The position numbers and the translations under genes are program-made. Positions 1 through 9,231 of a stretch of 64,000 nucleotides of DNA are shown here, piece by piece (position 1 is the first letter of the stretch; every line of letters starts with the position of its first letter). The stretch lies in contig CAKOVX010000006.1 in NCBI GenBank assembly GCA_934122155.1, positions 23 through 64,022 on the forward strand. The letters are read 5' to 3'. The DNA is from an uncultured Clostridia bacterium. Lineage in GTDB: Bacteria > Bacillota > Clostridia > TANB77 > CAG-508. Under the pieces are notes generated by a model. That model worked only from the letters and a program-made list of their open reading frames with translations, ran no database searches and was not told the origin of the DNA.

Positions 1-363
1 ATAGAAATAAATGAACTTACAGAAGATATTATAATAGATTCATTAAATAACAAAATAGAAAACAAAAATAAAGTTCTATTTTGTCAAGCAAATAAAAAAT
101 TATATGTAGATAATACAATAAATTCGGCATTTAAGCGAATATGTAAAAATGCAGGAATAACAAAACCAGTAAATACCCATATGTTAAGACATACTTTTGC
201 AACTAGATGTATTGAGGCAGGAGTAGACTTGCCAGTGTTGCAACAATTAATGGGACATGCCAATATTGAAACTACAATAAATACTTATGGCGATATTTAC
301 AATTATTATAAACAAAAAGAAACTCAAAAAGTAATAGATTATTTAAAGAGAGAAAGAGCATAA
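1..363 (+). CDS. tyrosine recombinase/phage integrase, C-terminal part (5' end lies outside the window)
   Basis: Open frame from nt 1; C-terminal catalytic region 'VNTHMLRHTFATR...LMGHANIETTINTYGDIY' (R..H..Y integrase motifs). Confidence 0.8.
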   Translation: MEINELTEDIIIDSLNNKIENKNKVLFCQANKKLYVDNTINSAFKRICKNAGITKPVNTHMLRHTFATRCIEAGVDLPVLQQLMGHANIETTINTYGDIYNYYKQKETQKVIDYLKRERA

Positions 364-513
364 AAGAACATTTAAAATTAAATATATGAATTTTAGATTA
401 ATACTAAAATAAGAGTTTTAAAAAAATGTTTTAAAACACCAAAAGTATCATAAAACATTGATAAATAAAGACTTTGGTGTAGTTTGAAAAAGCTACCACC
501 TCGCCCATAAACA

Positions 514-547
514 AAAAACGGTAAGAAGAATTCTTATCGTTTTTTTA
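514..547. terminator. bidirectional rho-independent terminator (ACGGTAAGAA/TTCTTATCGT stem + T-run)
   Basis: Perfect 10-bp hairpin flanked by an A-run and a T-run, between the convergent integrase and GIY-YIG genes. Confidence 0.6.
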
Positions 548-559
548 TTCTAAAATAAA

Positions 560-865
560 TTAAATTACTCTTTTATATTTTCTACAATCAACCTTTCCAC
601 TCAAATAGCTAGACAGCTTTTCTCCCTTTATCAAGTCTTCTTTTTGGTGTTTAGTCAATGTCTTTATTTGATACTCTAATTTACAAGCTAAAGATTTATC
701 TTTGCTTTTCCAAGCAACCTCAAGTTTAACAGCCTCATGTGATTTTGTATATTTTGCACCATTTTTATCCTTGCTTAAATGCTCATTTATTCGTTTATCC
801 AAATCATTTGTCATCCCAGTATAAATTGAATTATCAGCACATCTCAACATATATGTATAATACAT
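560..865 (-). CDS. GIY-YIG nuclease family protein (UPF0213-like)
   Basis: 'YYTYMLRCADNSIYTGMTNDLDKRINEH' GIY-YIG motif; SD AGGTGGA lies before the internal ATG (MYYTYM), not before the first ATG. Confidence 0.75.
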   Translation of the reverse strand: MYYTYMLRCADNSIYTGMTNDLDKRINEHLSKDKNGAKYTKSHEAVKLEVAWKSKDKSLACKLEYQIKTLTKHQKEDLIKGEKLSSYLSGKVDCRKYKRVI

Positions 866-990
866 TTTAGTCCACCTACATTTTTTTCTTAATTTTATCA
901 TTAAATAAAACTATTGTAAATAATAGACAATATGTGATATATTAAAGAAAAATTTTATTCAAAAAATATTTAGTTCTAGAAAGGAAAATT

Positions 991-1557
991 ATGAATTTAG
1001 AAAATTTTAATCTTGGAAAATTTATTTTCAGTAATGAAACAAAAAATTTTATTTCAGAGTTTATCAATGAGTTAGCAAAAACATTAAATAAGGAGAAAAA
1101 CATGAATATAGGAGTGGTGTATGGATTAGAAAATGAAAAAATAACATTACTAAATCCAGAAAACGGCAAAGAAGAAAATATATACATATACACATCTAAT
1201 GAGACATTAGAAAAACTGCATAATCAAGGAATTTATGAAAATATATATAAAATGGACAAATTAGATTTTTATAACCTATACTCAGGCCAAAAAGTACAGT
1301 TAAATGGAGATAAATGTGAGTTATATAATGGAGAAATAGATATAAAAAATGATGATGCTTGGTACAAATTAGATGATTTGTATGGAGTATTAAGAGACAA
1401 CGAAAATACTAATTTTGTAGTGCAAAAAATAACTGAGGACAAAATTTATTTAACACATGAAAATGGAAGTGGTTCAATATATACATATAAAGAATTATAT
1501 CCGGATTTCTGTGTTGGAGATATAGTAAAAAGAGTAAATGGAAAATATATAAAATAG
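991..1557 (+). CDS. hypothetical protein (possible nuclease-associated or immunity protein)
   Basis: 188-aa ORF with RBS, 9 nt upstream of the secreted nuclease gene; no recognisable motif. Confidence 0.6.
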   Translation: MNLENFNLGKFIFSNETKNFISEFINELAKTLNKEKNMNIGVVYGLENEKITLLNPENGKEENIYIYTSNETLEKLHNQGIYENIYKMDKLDFYNLYSGQKVQLNGDKCELYNGEIDIKNDDAWYKLDDLYGVLRDNENTNFVVQKITEDKIYLTHENGSGSIYTYKELYPDFCVGDIVKRVNGKYIK

Positions 1558-1565
1558 GTGAAAAA

Positions 1566-2273
1566 ATGAGCAAAAGAAAAATAAGAAATATAATTACAAG
1601 TATAATATTTTTAATTGTTGCAATTACAGCAATATATTTTGGTGATATAGAAGTTAATGAAAATATATTAGAAAATACAACTGTATCATATAATTTGGGA
1701 GAAATTCCAGAGTATAATGGAGAAATATTTGTAACAATAAATAATAATATTCCAAATTTTGAAGAAAGTGATTTTACAAGTGAGTGTTTTGAAAGATATA
1801 GCAAGTTAGATAAATTAGGCAGATGTGGAGTGGCATTTGCAAACTTAGGAAAAGAAACTATGCCAAAAGAAGGTGAAAAAAGAACATCAATTAGCCACAT
1901 ATACCCATCTGGTTGGCAAAGTGTAGAGTATAATGGAAAAAGCTTATATAATCGTTGTCATTTAATTGCGTATAGTTTATCAGCAGAAAATGCAAATAAA
2001 CAAAACCTTATAACCGGAACCAATTATTTTAACACAAGTGGAATGTTGCCATTTGAAACAAAAGTATTGGAATATTTAAGAAAAAGTGAAAAAAATCATG
2101 TGTTATATAGAGTAACTCCAATATTTGAAGGAAACAATTTAGTTGCAAGTGGAGTACAAATGGAGGCACAGTCTGTGGAAAATAAGGAAATATGCTTTAA
2201 TGTATACATTTATAATGTTCAACCAAATATAGAAATAGATTACAGTAATGGATGTAGTAAATTAAAACAGTAA
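1566..2273 (+). CDS. DNA/RNA non-specific endonuclease (EndA/DNA-entry nuclease-like), membrane-anchored or secreted
   Basis: N-terminal signal anchor; 'NRCHLIAYSLSAENANKQNLITGTNYFN' resembles the RGH/N active-site region of the Endonuclease_NS_2 family. Confidence 0.7.
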   Translation: MSKRKIRNIITSIIFLIVAITAIYFGDIEVNENILENTTVSYNLGEIPEYNGEIFVTINNNIPNFEESDFTSECFERYSKLDKLGRCGVAFANLGKETMPKEGEKRTSISHIYPSGWQSVEYNGKSLYNRCHLIAYSLSAENANKQNLITGTNYFNTSGMLPFETKVLEYLRKSEKNHVLYRVTPIFEGNNLVASGVQMEAQSVENKEICFNVYIYNVQPNIEIDYSNGCSKLKQ

Positions 2274-2320
2274 ATCACATTACCTGCTTAATTTGAATAA
2301 ATTATAGCAGGTGATTTTTT

Positions 2321-3238
2321 ATGAATATTGTACCAACAAATCAAAAATACTATTATTCACTAATGATGCAAAATCTACAAGAATTAAAACAAAAATATCC
2401 ATTTTTAGAAATAGGAAATATTGGCTTTAGTACATTAGGCAAACAGCTTCCATACATAAAAATAGGAAGAGGAATCAGAAAAATTATGTATAATGCAGGT
2501 ATGCATGCAAATGAATACATATGTTGTATTTTACTTATGAAATTTGTGGAGAATTTTTGCCAAAGCTATGTTTTAAATAGTAGAATATTCGGCCAAAATG
2601 CTCGAGTATTATTTGATAATGTTTCTTTATACATTTTGCCAATGATGAATCCAGATGGAATTGATTTAGTTACTGGAAGAGTGGAACCTGATAGCAAGGA
2701 ATACAAAAACTATTTAGAAATTTCAGAAGGTTTTCCAAGCATTCCATTTCCAAGTGGTTGGAAAGCAAATGCCAATGGAGTAGATCTAAATTTACAATTT
2801 CCAGCAGGTTGGCAAGAAGCCAGAAGAATAAAATTTGAGCAAGGTTATACAAAACCTGCTCCTCAAAACTTTGTAGGAGAAGGCTCATTAACTCAAAGTG
2901 AAGCACTAGCAATATACAATTTTACTTTAAAAAATAATTTTGGATTAACAATTTCATATCATACACAAGGAAAAGAAATTTATTGGGATTTTCAAAATAT
3001 AAACCCACCACAAGGATATGAAATAGGTAAAATATTTGAAAAAGTTAGCGGTTATAATTTGACAGATGTGCCATATAATTCGAGTTTTGCAGGATATAAA
3101 GATTGGTTTATTCAAAATTATAAAAGGCCAGGTTATACAATAGAAGCAGGAATAGGTGAAAATCCACTTCCGATATCTCAATTTGAAGAAATATATAATG
3201 ACAATATTGGGATTTTAGTTTTAGGAATGTTAATATAA
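2321..3238 (+). CDS. M14 family zinc carboxypeptidase (gamma-D-glutamyl-diamino acid peptidase-like)
   Basis: 'GMHANEYI' (HxxE zinc ligands) and 'MMNPDG' motifs. Confidence 0.75.
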   Translation: MNIVPTNQKYYYSLMMQNLQELKQKYPFLEIGNIGFSTLGKQLPYIKIGRGIRKIMYNAGMHANEYICCILLMKFVENFCQSYVLNSRIFGQNARVLFDNVSLYILPMMNPDGIDLVTGRVEPDSKEYKNYLEISEGFPSIPFPSGWKANANGVDLNLQFPAGWQEARRIKFEQGYTKPAPQNFVGEGSLTQSEALAIYNFTLKNNFGLTISYHTQGKEIYWDFQNINPPQGYEIGKIFEKVSGYNLTDVPYNSSFAGYKDWFIQNYKRPGYTIEAGIGENPLPISQFEEIYNDNIGILVLGMLI

Positions 3239-3330
3239 AAAGTAAAAAAACTAAATAATTTTTTTGAAATTGTGTATACTAATTGTAAAATGTTGTGATA
3301 CAATAACAAAAAAATGGAAGGAGACAAAAG

Positions 3331-4740
3331 ATGGACAAAAAAGAATCTGAAGAATTAAAAAGTAAATTATTTAATAAAAAGGAAAATGGCTGGAATGCCA
3401 AAACAGAAGAACAAAAACAAAAAATTTTTGAATATGCTAAAGGCTATATAAATTATATGAATAAATCAAAGACAGAAAGAGAGATTATAAATACTTCAAC
3501 AGAGATAGCACATCAAAATGGATTTAAAGATATAAAAGATTGTGAAACTTTAAAACCAGGAGATAAAGTTTACTGGAATAATCGTGGAAAAAGCATGTAC
3601 CTAGCAATTATAGGAGAAAATAGTATTGAAGAAGGAATAAATATAATAGGTGCACATGCAGATTCTCCAAGATTAGATTTAAAACCAAATCCTTTATATG
3701 AAGATTCAGAATTTGCATATTTAAAAACACATTATTATGGTGGAATAAAAAAATATCAATGGACTACAATTCCATTAGCAATACATGGTGTTATAGTTAA
3801 AACAAATGGTGAAAAAATAACTGTAAATATAGGAGAAGATATGAATGACCCAATATTTACAATTACAGACTTATTACCACATTTAGCTCAAGACCAAATG
3901 AAGAAGAAGTTAGCAGATGGAATTGACGGAGAAGACTTAAATCTTTTAATTGGAAGCATGCCAATAGGTAGCGAAATAACTGATTCTGTAAAATTAAATA
4001 TTTTAAATATTTTAAATGAAAAATATGGAATAACAGAAAAAGATTTATTAAGTTCAGAAATTGAATTAGTACCAGCAATGCCTTGCAGAAGCATGGGATT
4101 TGATAACAGTATGGTTGCAGGTTATGGCCAAGATGATAAAATATGTGTTTATGCATCTTTAACAGCCTTAATGAAAATACAAAATCCTGTTAAGACAGCA
4201 GTTTGTATTATATCTGACAAAGAAGAAATTGGAAGTATGGGAAATACAGGCATGGAATCGCATGTATTTGATACATTCATTTCAGAAATTTTAAATAAAT
4301 TAGGAGTAAATAGACCTAATTTATTAGAAAAAGTTTTCTGCAATTCTAAAATGTTATCAGCAGATGTTGATGCAGGTTTAGACCCAATTTATGCAAATGT
4401 TTCAGAAAGAAACAATGCATCATATTTAGGAAGAGGAATTGGGCTTAATAAATATACAGGTGCTAGAGGAAAATCTGGTGCATCTGATGCAAATGCTGAA
4501 TTTGTTGCAGAAGTTAGAAAAATATTTGAAGAAAATGATGTTAGATACCAAATTGCTGAACTTGGAAAAGTTGACATTGGCGGTGGAGGCACAATAGCAT
4601 ATATCCTAGCAAATAAAGGAATAGATGTTATAGATTGTGGTGTACCAGTACTTTCAATGCATTCACCTTATGAAGTTACAAGCAAATTAGACTTATATGA
4701 AGCACACAGAGGATATGAAGCATTTTGGAAAAATGCATAA
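3331..4740 (+). CDS. apeA: M18 family aminopeptidase (aminopeptidase 1-like)
   Basis: 469 aa; 'IIGAHADSPRLDLKPNP' and overall M18 length/layout. Confidence 0.75.
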   Translation: MDKKESEELKSKLFNKKENGWNAKTEEQKQKIFEYAKGYINYMNKSKTEREIINTSTEIAHQNGFKDIKDCETLKPGDKVYWNNRGKSMYLAIIGENSIEEGINIIGAHADSPRLDLKPNPLYEDSEFAYLKTHYYGGIKKYQWTTIPLAIHGVIVKTNGEKITVNIGEDMNDPIFTITDLLPHLAQDQMKKKLADGIDGEDLNLLIGSMPIGSEITDSVKLNILNILNEKYGITEKDLLSSEIELVPAMPCRSMGFDNSMVAGYGQDDKICVYASLTALMKIQNPVKTAVCIISDKEEIGSMGNTGMESHVFDTFISEILNKLGVNRPNLLEKVFCNSKMLSADVDAGLDPIYANVSERNNASYLGRGIGLNKYTGARGKSGASDANAEFVAEVRKIFEENDVRYQIAELGKVDIGGGGTIAYILANKGIDVIDCGVPVLSMHSPYEVTSKLDLYEAHRGYEAFWKNA

Positions 4741-4741
4741 A

Positions 4742-4770
4742 AAAAGAGCTCTATTAAGAGCTCTTTTTTG
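4742..4770. terminator. bidirectional rho-independent terminator (AAAAAGAGCTC...GAGCTCTTTTTT)
   Basis: GC hairpin with A/T runs on both sides. Confidence 0.65.
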
Positions 4771-4774
4771 AGAT

Positions 4775-4933
4775 TTACCTTTCACTGCTTTTCTTATCAG
4801 AGCAAACCCTATTACCAGGGCATTCATTATGCTGATATTGCTCGCAAAACCAGCAATCAGTACTAGAATCCGGGTTGATCTTTACTCTAATGTCAATGTT
4901 TTTTGTCTTTTCTTTCATTTTTTCTTCCTGCAT
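4775..4933 (-). CDS. small Cys-rich protein (52 aa, CxxC-x7-C-x5-C), hypothetical
   Basis: SD GGAGGA 7 nt before ATG; 'MQEEKMKEKTKNIDIRVKINPDSSTDCWFCEQYQHNECPGNRVCSDKKSSER'; sits in a locally GC-richer patch; below the ORF-track length cutoff. Confidence 0.4.
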   Translation of the reverse strand: MQEEKMKEKTKNIDIRVKINPDSSTDCWFCEQYQHNECPGNRVCSDKKSSER

Positions 4934-5082
4934 GTGAATTCCTCCTTAATTGCTCTATAATGATTAGATTTGGACAAATTAAATCTCTACAACTTATGTT
5001 GTATATTATATTATACTATATTTATGCTAAAAATGCAAATATTATGAAAAAAATATCCGTTATTTCTAACGGATATTTTTTA

Positions 5083-5159
<77 letters not shown>

Positions 5160-5268
5160 ATGGACATCATATATGATACCACGATTTGTAAAAAGTGTCA
5201 ACAAAAAGTACAAAAATACTAGAAAAAAATTTAGAATTACTATATAATTTGCTTAAGGTGATTATAAT

Positions 5269-5979
5269 ATGAAAGAAAGCAAAAAACTTAATATACATCA
5301 AATTTTTTGGTATTTTGTATTGTTTAGTATCTTAGGGTTAATTATTGAAACTTTATATTCTTATATAACAACTGGCATTTTAGAAAGTAGAAAAGGTTTT
5401 ATCTGGGGGCCTTTTTGTCCTATATATGGTGTTGGTGGCACATGTCTTATTTTGCTACTAGATAGAATTCATTCTAAAAATTATTTTAAATTGTTTATAT
5501 ATGGATACCTTATTGGCTCTATTGTAGAATATATGCTTAGTTTTATGATGGAAGCTTTTTATGGTGTTAGGTTTTGGGATTACACTTACACTAAAATACA
5601 CATAAACGGAAGGATTTGTTTAATATATTCACTGTTTTGGGGAATTTTAACTATTGGAATTATGAAATTTGTAAAACCGCAAATGGATAAGTTTGTTTAT
5701 AAAATTTCATCATTTAAAATAAGTAAACATGTTGAAGTTTGTTTAGCTATATTTTTAATGATTGATATGTTAGTAACTATATGGGGAATTAGTACTTATG
5801 AAACACGAGTAATTTCAACATACTATGGTGATTCTACTCCTTATAAAAACACTTCTAGCCTATTTTATAAAATTGAAAACAATTATTTTACAAATGAACG
5901 AATGAAAAAAACATTTCCAAATTTAAGAACCAAAGATAGAAATGGTAATCAAGTATTTGTAAGGGATTTAATAAAATAG
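5269..5979 (+). CDS. polytopic membrane protein (DUF1113/CmpB-like 'putative ABC-transporter type IV')
   Basis: Several TM helices; 'ETLYSYITTGILESRKGFIWGPFCPIYGVGG'. Confidence 0.6.
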   Translation: MKESKKLNIHQIFWYFVLFSILGLIIETLYSYITTGILESRKGFIWGPFCPIYGVGGTCLILLLDRIHSKNYFKLFIYGYLIGSIVEYMLSFMMEAFYGVRFWDYTYTKIHINGRICLIYSLFWGILTIGIMKFVKPQMDKFVYKISSFKISKHVEVCLAIFLMIDMLVTIWGISTYETRVISTYYGDSTPYKNTSSLFYKIENNYFTNERMKKTFPNLRTKDRNGNQVFVRDLIK

Positions 5980-6004
5980 CACTTCACTTTGAAGTGCTAT
6001 TTTA

Positions 6005-6292
6005 TTATTCTGGTAATATAATTGGATTTTTCTTTCTTTTTCTGTATAAAGTAATTTTATTTCCAATAGTTTGTACACATGTAGCATTTATTTTGTCTGC
6101 AATAGTATTGCCTAATTCTTTTACATCTTCACCTGAATTTTCTAGTACATTTATTTTTATCAATTCTCTTGCTTCTATTGCATCATCTAATTGCTTTAAC
6201 AAATTTTCTGATAGTCCAGATTTTCCAACTTGAAATATTGGATCAATTGCATTAGCTAAACCTCTTAAATATGCCCTTTGTTTGCTTGTCAT
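6005..6292 (-). CDS. yhbY: ribosome assembly RNA-binding protein YhbY (CRS1/YhbY domain)
   Basis: 95 aa; 'SKQRAYLRGLANAIDPIFQVGKSGLSENLLKQLDDAIEARELIKI'. Confidence 0.85.
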   Translation of the reverse strand: MTSKQRAYLRGLANAIDPIFQVGKSGLSENLLKQLDDAIEARELIKINVLENSGEDVKELGNTIADKINATCVQTIGNKITLYRKRKKNPIILPE

Positions 6293-6382
6293 ATCTTCTC
6301 CCTCTCTTTTATTTGTTTTAGTTTTTTTAATTATACCATATTATCAGCTAAAAAGCAATTTTCATCTTACTATATTATTTCT

Positions 6383-7861
6383 TCATTTTAGATCATTAAT
6401 ACCTGGTGCATATATTGATTTTCCGTCATAAGTAAATCTTGAACCATGGCATGGACAGTCCCAAGTTTTTTCTAAATTATTCCATGATAGTTCACATCCT
6501 AAATGACTGCAAACTGGATTTATTTTAAATATTTTTCCATCTTCAGATTTATATACTCCCACTTTTTTTCCGTCTATTTCAATAATTCCGCCTTCGCCTT
6601 TTCCTATATCATTTAGCTTTTCTTCTGGTATTTCAAGCTTTTCAACAATTAAAGATTTTCCAGTTTGCTTTAGCATATTGCCCATTTCTTGATGATTTTT
6701 TATAGGCTTTAATCTAGTTGAAGCAAATACTTCTTCATATTGATTTTTCCTTCCTAGTATTTTGTCTACAATAATATTAGCTGCCACATTTGAATTGCTT
6801 ATTCCCCATTTATTAAATCCCGTAGCTACATATACATTTGGCATTAATATTGAAAACTCACCTATATATGGTATTTTGTCTAATGTTATGCAGTCTTCTG
6901 TACACCATTTATATATCACTTTACTATCTGAATAAAATTCTTTTGCTATTCTCTCTAATGCTTCATAATTTCCTGCCAAATTCTTGCTTTCACCAGTTTT
7001 ATGGTCTAAGCCCACTATAATTAGCAATCTTTTATCTCCATATTTAGCTGTTCGTAATGCTAAATTAGGTGTGTCACTGCTAATATACATACCATCAAAA
7101 AGCTCTTTCTCTGTTTCTACCCCTATTGCATAAGACATTGACTGATACATTTTTAAAAAGTAATAACCTGGTGCATTTATAATTGGGTAATGTGTTGCTA
7201 TTACTACACTTTTAGCTGTTACTACATTACCATTTTCGGTTGTAATTTCATAACATTCTGCCTTTTCTTTTACATCTATCACTTTTGTATTTTCATATAT
7301 TTCTGCTTCCATATTATTAGCTAGTCCTTGCGCATATTTATATGGATTAAATTGTGCTTGATTTTTAAATTCAATAGCTCCAAAAGTCTCAAATGGTAGC
7401 TCTAAATTATCTACAAATTTAGCTTCTCCACCCAATTCATTTACTGCTTTTATTTCATCTTTTATTTTATTTACTTCTTCTTTTTTTCTTGCAAACACAT
7501 ATGCACTTTGCTTTTCAAAATCACACTCAATATTTTCATCTTTTATAATTTGTTCTATATTTTTTATAGCTTGTTCATTTGCATCAAAATATTGTTTAGC
7601 CTTTTCTTTTCCTTGTGACTGTATTAAATAATTATAAAATAAACCATGTTGACTTGTAATTTTTGCAGTAGATTTTCCAGTAGTTTGCATACAAATTTTA
7701 TCTTTTTCTAATAACACTGTTTTTACATTTGCTTTAGATAAATAATAAGCTGTTGTTAAACCTGTTATTCCTCCCCCAATTATACATACTTCTGCTTTTA
7801 AGTCTTTATCCAATTTATGAAATTCTTTTGTATTTGCACTATCTATCCAATATGATTTCAT
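6383..7861 (-). CDS. FAD-dependent oxidoreductase with C-terminal Rieske [2Fe-2S] domain
   Basis: 'VCIIGGGITGLTTAYYL' dinucleotide-binding motif; 'CSHLGCELSW...CPCHGSRF' Rieske CxH..CxxH; start moved to the ATG (MKSYWID) that follows SD GGAGGT. Confidence 0.85.
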   Translation of the reverse strand: MKSYWIDSANTKEFHKLDKDLKAEVCIIGGGITGLTTAYYLSKANVKTVLLEKDKICMQTTGKSTAKITSQHGLFYNYLIQSQGKEKAKQYFDANEQAIKNIEQIIKDENIECDFEKQSAYVFARKKEEVNKIKDEIKAVNELGGEAKFVDNLELPFETFGAIEFKNQAQFNPYKYAQGLANNMEAEIYENTKVIDVKEKAECYEITTENGNVVTAKSVVIATHYPIINAPGYYFLKMYQSMSYAIGVETEKELFDGMYISSDTPNLALRTAKYGDKRLLIIVGLDHKTGESKNLAGNYEALERIAKEFYSDSKVIYKWCTEDCITLDKIPYIGEFSILMPNVYVATGFNKWGISNSNVAANIIVDKILGRKNQYEEVFASTRLKPIKNHQEMGNMLKQTGKSLIVEKLEIPEEKLNDIGKGEGGIIEIDGKKVGVYKSEDGKIFKINPVCSHLGCELSWNNLEKTWDCPCHGSRFTYDGKSIYAPGINDLK

Positions 7862-7905
7862 ATTACCTCCTTTATGTGCCATTGTAAACGAAGAACTTTG
7901 GCACA

Positions 7906-9060
7906 TTATTTCTTTAATAATTTGACTACAATTTGCATTTCTTTTTTGTTTCGTAAAACCTTAAAAGTAACTTCATCCCCTGGCTTTTTAGTATAAATAT
8001 AGCTTCTTAAATCACACATTTTTTCTAAAGCTATTCCATCAATTTCTAACAATATATCTTTTTCTTGTATTCCATACCTTGCGGCAGCTGAATTGCCATT
8101 AACCTGCACCACATAAATTCCTTTGTCAATCTGTAAATTACTATCTAAATATGGTATTATGTTTTTGTCATATGCAAAAATTCCTAAATACGCTTCTTCA
8201 AATCCTCCTGTTGATATAAAGCTTTTTAATATTGCTTTTACTGAATTTATTGGAACTGCAAATCCAATTCCTTCTGCTGATGTAATCTTTACACTATTTA
8301 CTCCAATAACTTCTCCACTCTCATTTATCAAAGGGCCTCCACTATTTCCTGGATTTATGGTTGCATCTGTTTGTATTAAATCTTCCATATATGAAGATTT
8401 TTCATTTCCAATTTCGTCTTGTGCATTTAATATTATTGTTCTATTGGTTGCACTTACAATACCTGATGTAACAGTTCTTTGAAATTCAAAACCTATTGGG
8501 TTTCCTATTGCATATACTATTTGTCCTAATCTTGCCTTAGATGAATCACCTAAAGTAACATATTTTAAATCTTTTGCACTTATTTTTACAATTGCCAAGT
8601 CTAAATCTGAACTTGACCATACTACATTTCCTTGATAATTCTTACCTGTTGAAAGTGTTACATAGCATTTACTATATCTTTCTCCTGACACATGCTCATT
8701 TGTTAGAATATACCCATTTTCTGCCACTATCATTCCTGTTCCTAAACCTAATTTTGATGTGCTATCTTTTAAAAATATAGAGCCACCCGTTCCCTTTAAT
8801 TTTGAAATTCCTACTATGCTCTCGCTTACACTCTCTAGCATTTGGTTAATTGTTTCATTTTCATTTTTTACTTCATCTATTGTTTGTGATATTTTTGTTG
8901 CATCATATTGTTTATTTATTATTTTAGTTGGAGTTTCAATATCATAATATAGTACATATATTAGCGCTATCAAAATAACTATTAAAATACTAATAAATGT
9001 ACCTAATATGTATTTTTTTATTCTAGATTTATTTTGTTTTTTTCTAATGTACTCTTCCAT
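7906..9060 (-). CDS. htrA: HtrA/DegP-family trypsin-like serine protease with PDZ domain
   Basis: N-terminal TM; 'TNEHV', 'GNSGGPL' catalytic motifs; C-terminal PDZ. Confidence 0.85.
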   Translation of the reverse strand: MEEYIRKKQNKSRIKKYILGTFISILIVILIALIYVLYYDIETPTKIINKQYDATKISQTIDEVKNENETINQMLESVSESIVGISKLKGTGGSIFLKDSTSKLGLGTGMIVAENGYILTNEHVSGERYSKCYVTLSTGKNYQGNVVWSSSDLDLAIVKISAKDLKYVTLGDSSKARLGQIVYAIGNPIGFEFQRTVTSGIVSATNRTIILNAQDEIGNEKSSYMEDLIQTDATINPGNSGGPLINESGEVIGVNSVKITSAEGIGFAVPINSVKAILKSFISTGGFEEAYLGIFAYDKNIIPYLDSNLQIDKGIYVVQVNGNSAAARYGIQEKDILLEIDGIALEKMCDLRSYIYTKKPGDEVTFKVLRNKKEMQIVVKLLKK

Positions 9061-9152
9061 TTTTATTCATCTCCATATTCTTTTAATTTAATTATGAACA
9101 TTTTAAAAGTTTTTAAACATATATTCCCGAAATTCCCATTTTTCTCCATTTC

Positions 9153-9184
9153 TTGTTGATTTTTTGTCGAATTTAATGTATAAT
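9153..9184 (+). promoter_or_regulatory. putative extended -10 promoter (TGTATAAT) upstream of the NRPS gene
   Basis: TGnTATAAT-like element about 50 nt before the ATG; no well-spaced -35. Confidence 0.3.
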
Positions 9185-9231
9185 TTAAAATATATTTCTT
9201 AAAAATAATAAATAGAAGGGATTTTTTCATT

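Noticed and set aside
942-1900. Minus-strand ORFs 942..1193 and 1409..1900 overlapping the 991-1557 and 1566-2273 genes
   Set aside because: Low-complexity Phe/Leu/Ile-rich translations, antisense to well-supported genes, no RBS. Typical spurious ORFs in AT-rich DNA.
2670-4592. Several 60-100 aa minus-strand ORFs inside the M14 and M18 peptidase genes
   Set aside because: Antisense to long, motif-bearing genes. No SD sequences. Biased composition.
5994-6233. 79-aa plus-strand ORF
   Set aside because: Fully antisense to the conserved yhbY gene.
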